Source: Iphione sp. A-MEVVRFRX5
Taxonomy: Eukaryota
Length of the DNA: 64,000 nucleotides
Direction: 5' to 3'
NCBI GenBank assembly: GCA_976226885.1
Contig: OZ320323.1
Location: 23,932,001-23,996,000, forward strand
Position numbers and translations under genes: made by a program. Every line of letters starts with the position of its first letter. The stretch's first letter is position 1. Below, one piece after another: positions 59,942-64,000 of this stretch. Under the pieces are notes generated by a model that worked only from the letters and a program-made list of their open reading frames with translations, did no database searches and was not told the origin of the DNA.

Positions 59942-61318
59942 CATGGAACATCTGCCTGATTCAACATCCCCTTCCCCCTCGGTTCACAACTCCAGCACCA
60001 CATTTCTCCCTCATATAAATCTGGTTTTCATATTTTAAACTCACCAAAGACCTGCTGCATCGACAGAGAGAATATGTTCTTTCAGAAAAAAAGCTTTTAT
60101 CAGGTACTCAGTTCAAGTTGCTTTATAGTGTAGTTTTATATATGATTAAAAACTCTCAGGATTTGTCGTTGAAGACGCAGTTAGTACTCCTCATGCAAAA
60201 AAACCACAATCTCTCTCAGATAAACCGTTGCTTTCTTAAGGTTTAGGGAAACACCTTCTGACTCCTGGCTCTTCGTTGAAGCTTAGACAAACATCCTGTA
60301 ATGACTGACCCTTTCTTCAGGCTGACCTCTTGACCAGGTAGAGGACGTTCAAGGTGACCTCTACGCGTCCTCTGAGACCTGCACTCTGCAAACTTGGCCT
60401 CCGAACAAAGTACTCTCCGCCCCACCTTCTGTTGTCCTTGTAGTTCGATGCCAGCGCCCCCTATCCAACTCTTCCCCCCCCCCCGGCGGATACTGCGATC
60501 AGAGCGCCACCACCCACACACCGGCCGCCGCCGCCAACCCTAGATAAACCCACGGACGTTCACACAGATGAACGCACCCACGTTTACGCAGTGGTCGCCG
60601 AGCCCTTGTGGAGACCTACATTCATGAATTTCATCGCTATTTGTTCAACTCCAAACGGTCAGAGAGATTCAAAGGACCATCGGGTCAGTCGGACAAACTT
60701 CAAGACTCAAGGTCGCTGCTTCCCCATATTCTGCCGCCATCTTGTCGACCTCTATTAGGAAGATGGTGGGTCCCAAGGTCAGTCGGGGTAGCAGCTCGGG
60801 TGAAGGAAACAGAGGAGGCGAGGCCTGTGTTATTCCCACTTACTGAGATCTCTTCATTCCTAAAAATAACACCACCGCTTCACACTATTATCGATCAATG
60901 CCAAATGTATAAACCAAGCCCAAGGAAGCAGGAGAGCATAAACGATCACAGTGTCACCTGGGAGCAAAAATCCAACCGAAGGACAAAAATCAGACATGAC
61001 CGCTTTTATATGAAACATCCTAACCCATATATCAAACATCTTTACCAATACAGTATATAAGAAAATTATCACCTATACGAAGTTGACGTGTTGAACATCT
61101 CAGTAGCTGGCTGCATTTCCAGATGGAAAAACACAGGTCTAGAGAAACTGGCTGCATATATTAATGTCGCCTTGTGGCACACTGTCTGGGCGTTAAGGCA
61201 TGTGCTGTACTGTGTCTTGCTTATTAAGTCATTATCCTTGGCAATTTCTAAATAATTAAAAAGCCAGCGGTTTCAGGCAGTGTAGTTAGAGCCCAGTTCC
61301 TCAGTGCACGAGTAGGAA

Positions 61319-61355
<37 letters not shown>

Positions 61356-61372
61356 GAAAGAAAGAAAGAAAG
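61319..61372. repeat. (GAAA)n microsatellite
   Basis: Direct reading. Confidence 0.95.
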
Positions 61373-63449
61373 AATCTGGTAAACGACCCACTCACATAGG
61401 CGCCTGGCGTGCAAAGATATATCACATGATTTCAACCAGTTTTACACTCAGTGCGTCATACAGAATTCCTTGACTGATGACGTTTAATTACTGGAGTTCT
61501 GCCTAGCACCGTAGGAACTCTCCTAACGGCCACCTCTTTGCAGCGGTCACCTGTCACCATGGTCATATGGTCAAAACTTCACAATACTCAATATTTCAAG
61601 CAAATACGATGACAGTGGCTTAACTATTGGCATTATATGATTAAATATTTCCCATTATCATCATGCATCTCCATAGGGGGGGTAGCTACACTTCCAGATC
61701 CGTAAGTATGACTTTGGTATGGATACATCTGAATACAGGCTGTAGGCTGTAGGCTGTACTGCCTAAAAGAGAGAACCCTCCCTAGCCATGTAGTTCTGAT
61801 AAACGTCGTATCCCTGTCATTAAAAATGCAGACCGCAGACCGCGTGTGGCAGCAAGCCCAGCGTGTCTGAATTAATGACCCTATTTCAGAGGCTTCACTC
61901 CTCAATTAACATTCGAAGACCTTTTCTTTTAAAACATCCCCTCACTTTCCTCTATTTTCGCCGACTGGTGCCCATTTGGCGGCTCTACCTCCGTAATTAA
62001 CCTCACAGTGCCATCTCGCGGCGAGAGAAGCAACGAGCGATGGTGGTGCGAGAGTGGGATTATATGTATAAAATGTACATGTACATGTATATGAACAGAT
62101 CAGGCATTGGTCTGTCGGGTATGGGGTGGGGTGTTACGAGGAAATTTGTCATACAGACTGCCCATCTGAATAGTATGCATAAGTAAACAATAAATAGGCT
62201 TCCTATTTGCTTTAAATCAGATATCTCCTGCAAGATAATTTCAGATTTTTCCCCTCAAAGTGGATGTGAACAAAATTACACTCGTACGGTCACAACAAAA
62301 ATAAACTCGGATACCCTCCCAAGGGTGAAAGGGTTAGAAGTGGATCATGCCAGTTTTCTCCACTGGCCAGGAATCACTGGTATCTTGCACGTGTGTGTTG
62401 CTACACCATCTCCTGCTTTCTGTTATTTGTGTTTTTTATTTTTGTTTTTTGATTCAGTTATCTTCAGTTGTGGCTATTTCGCCTCTTGCCTCACGCTGTC
62501 ATGTCCATTTATTACCAGACGCCTGCAGGGTGCTTGTCGGGGCTGCGCCATCCAATAGGGCGAGACTATTTCATTTACTGCGGGCGCCTGTCAACAAACT
62601 CGCCTCGTCCCTGCCAGGCATGCACCGTACCGGACCACGGCCTCAAGTCAATTGCGGCTCTTGCTGATTTATACGCTGAAGTAGATATTATCTTATTTCG
62701 ACAGTGAAATTGATATTTTTGGTTCCGAATGAAAGATTGCGGTAGAGAACAACATATTCATCTGCTATATCCGCCCTGTGTTGGATTTCTGCGATCCCAC
62801 CCAGTGGATACTATCTCTGGCCTAGAATATTTTGTTTTAAACTGGGTCCTAGGAATTTTCATTCAATATATGAAAGACATAAACACGGACTGATGTATTG
62901 ATCTACGGCTCCTCACTAAGAAACACACGGTCGCAAGCCACCATAGTAGTCTTTATCATCTGAACATTTTAATCCCCTACATTGAGTCTGATGGAAATAA
63001 TCTAACCCCAAGAGATAATTTATAATTATTAGATATTCGAATTAATTTTGTCATCCTAAAAAAGCCGGTACATCCATGTTGGAGACACGCTGTATTTGGA
63101 GTCAGACTATAGATTGGGAAGTACATGTACAGCAAAACTTGTGGTACGTTATGAATATTTTCAACTTAAACATTACATCTATTTTATAACCATTACAGTG
63201 ATACTGGGGTATTTCACCTAAACATGCATGTTGTCCATGGAATGCCCCATGGGTTAAGTCTAATGCACATATAACAGGTTATGACAAGATGACTAGGGGT
63301 ATCTTCTGTTTCCTCATTATCAGTAACAAAGCAATGCAGATACAATTTAGGTACTCGTATTTCTGATCACATTTCTCTTGAATGTCTCATTATGGTCCCT
63401 GAATGAGTAACTCATGACTGTCTACATCCTGTCAATAAACGTTTTATAC

Positions 63450-63581
63450 CAAAGGGTAAATGATGAAAAACAGGGTGCGGGCTTGCGAAATGATGCTACC
63501 GTGGGTGTGTGAGTTCTTGCCTAGACCCACAATAGCATCATTTCATAAGGCCGCACCCCGTTTTTCATCATTTACCCTTTG
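63450..63581. mobile_element. Near-perfect hairpin element of about 132 bp (palindromic MITE-like)
   Basis: caaagggtaaatgatgaaaaacagggtgcgggcttgcgaaatgatgcta...gtgggt versus acccac...tagcatcatttcataaggccgcaccccgtttttcatcatttaccctttg. Confidence 0.8.
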
Positions 63582-64000
63582 TGCCTTGAGTGCACATACA
63601 TGTATACACAGGTACTCACACAAACACACCTAACCATGACACGCACAAGCCAGGCCAGAAAAATATCAAAACAATCATCTCTGTTGCATAACCATCTCCT
63701 GACCATCTTGGTGCCTGTCGGTAGACTGGCCTTTGGCTGGAGAGTAAGACTGGTGATGAGGTGCCTGTCTTCAGGTTGGCCTATGACTGGAGAGCAAGGT
63801 CAGAGTCAAGGTGCCGGCCCATAGACTTGCCTGTGATTGGATAGTTTAGGTTAGTGTAAAGGTGCCTGTCTGTAGTAAATTACTGACTTTACCATCAAAT
63901 CATAGGCCAGCGCACAGATAAGCACCTTGAGGCTGACCGTACTCTAGAATCACAGGTTAGACTACAGACGGGTACTATGACACTGACCAGTCATTCTACG

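Noticed and set aside
60690-60750. YY1-type AAGATGGCGGC (minus strand) as the Fringe start or promoter
   Set aside because: The ATG opens only a 23-codon frame with no Fringe N-terminal features; the motif is also common in TE ends.

Overview
Eukaryotic (animal, invertebrate-type) genomic DNA from a gapped assembly with five N-runs. The only host gene I can support is a Fringe-family beta-1,3-N-acetylglucosaminyltransferase on the minus strand. I reconstructed nine GT-AG exons between 58144 and 22138 that join in frame (729 nt, 242 aa plus stop). I did not find the first exon (TM/stem/DIFISVKT region), so it probably lies beyond 64000. The rest is repeat-rich: a 5'-truncated CR1-group (L2/Crack-like) LINE whose RT frame is broken by one in-frame TGA; two Penelope-like remnants, each with a hammerhead-ribozyme-like core in the expected 3' position; three copies of a tRNA-derived SINE with a Nin/Deu-like core; many TA-flanked Tc1/mariner(pogo)-type MITEs; foldback elements; microsatellites; and several old degenerate minisatellite arrays. 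The most unusual observations are: (i) degenerate tandem arrays whose end monomer is the Fringe exon end or splice signal itself; (ii) a strongly signalled, frame-shifting 47-nt cassette just upstream of the DDD catalytic exon (candidate poison exon); (iii) two introns not present in vertebrate Fringe genes; (iv) a GC-rich intronic module with paired CSL/Su(H) and NRF1-type sites. All alignments were done by eye; no database searches were run.
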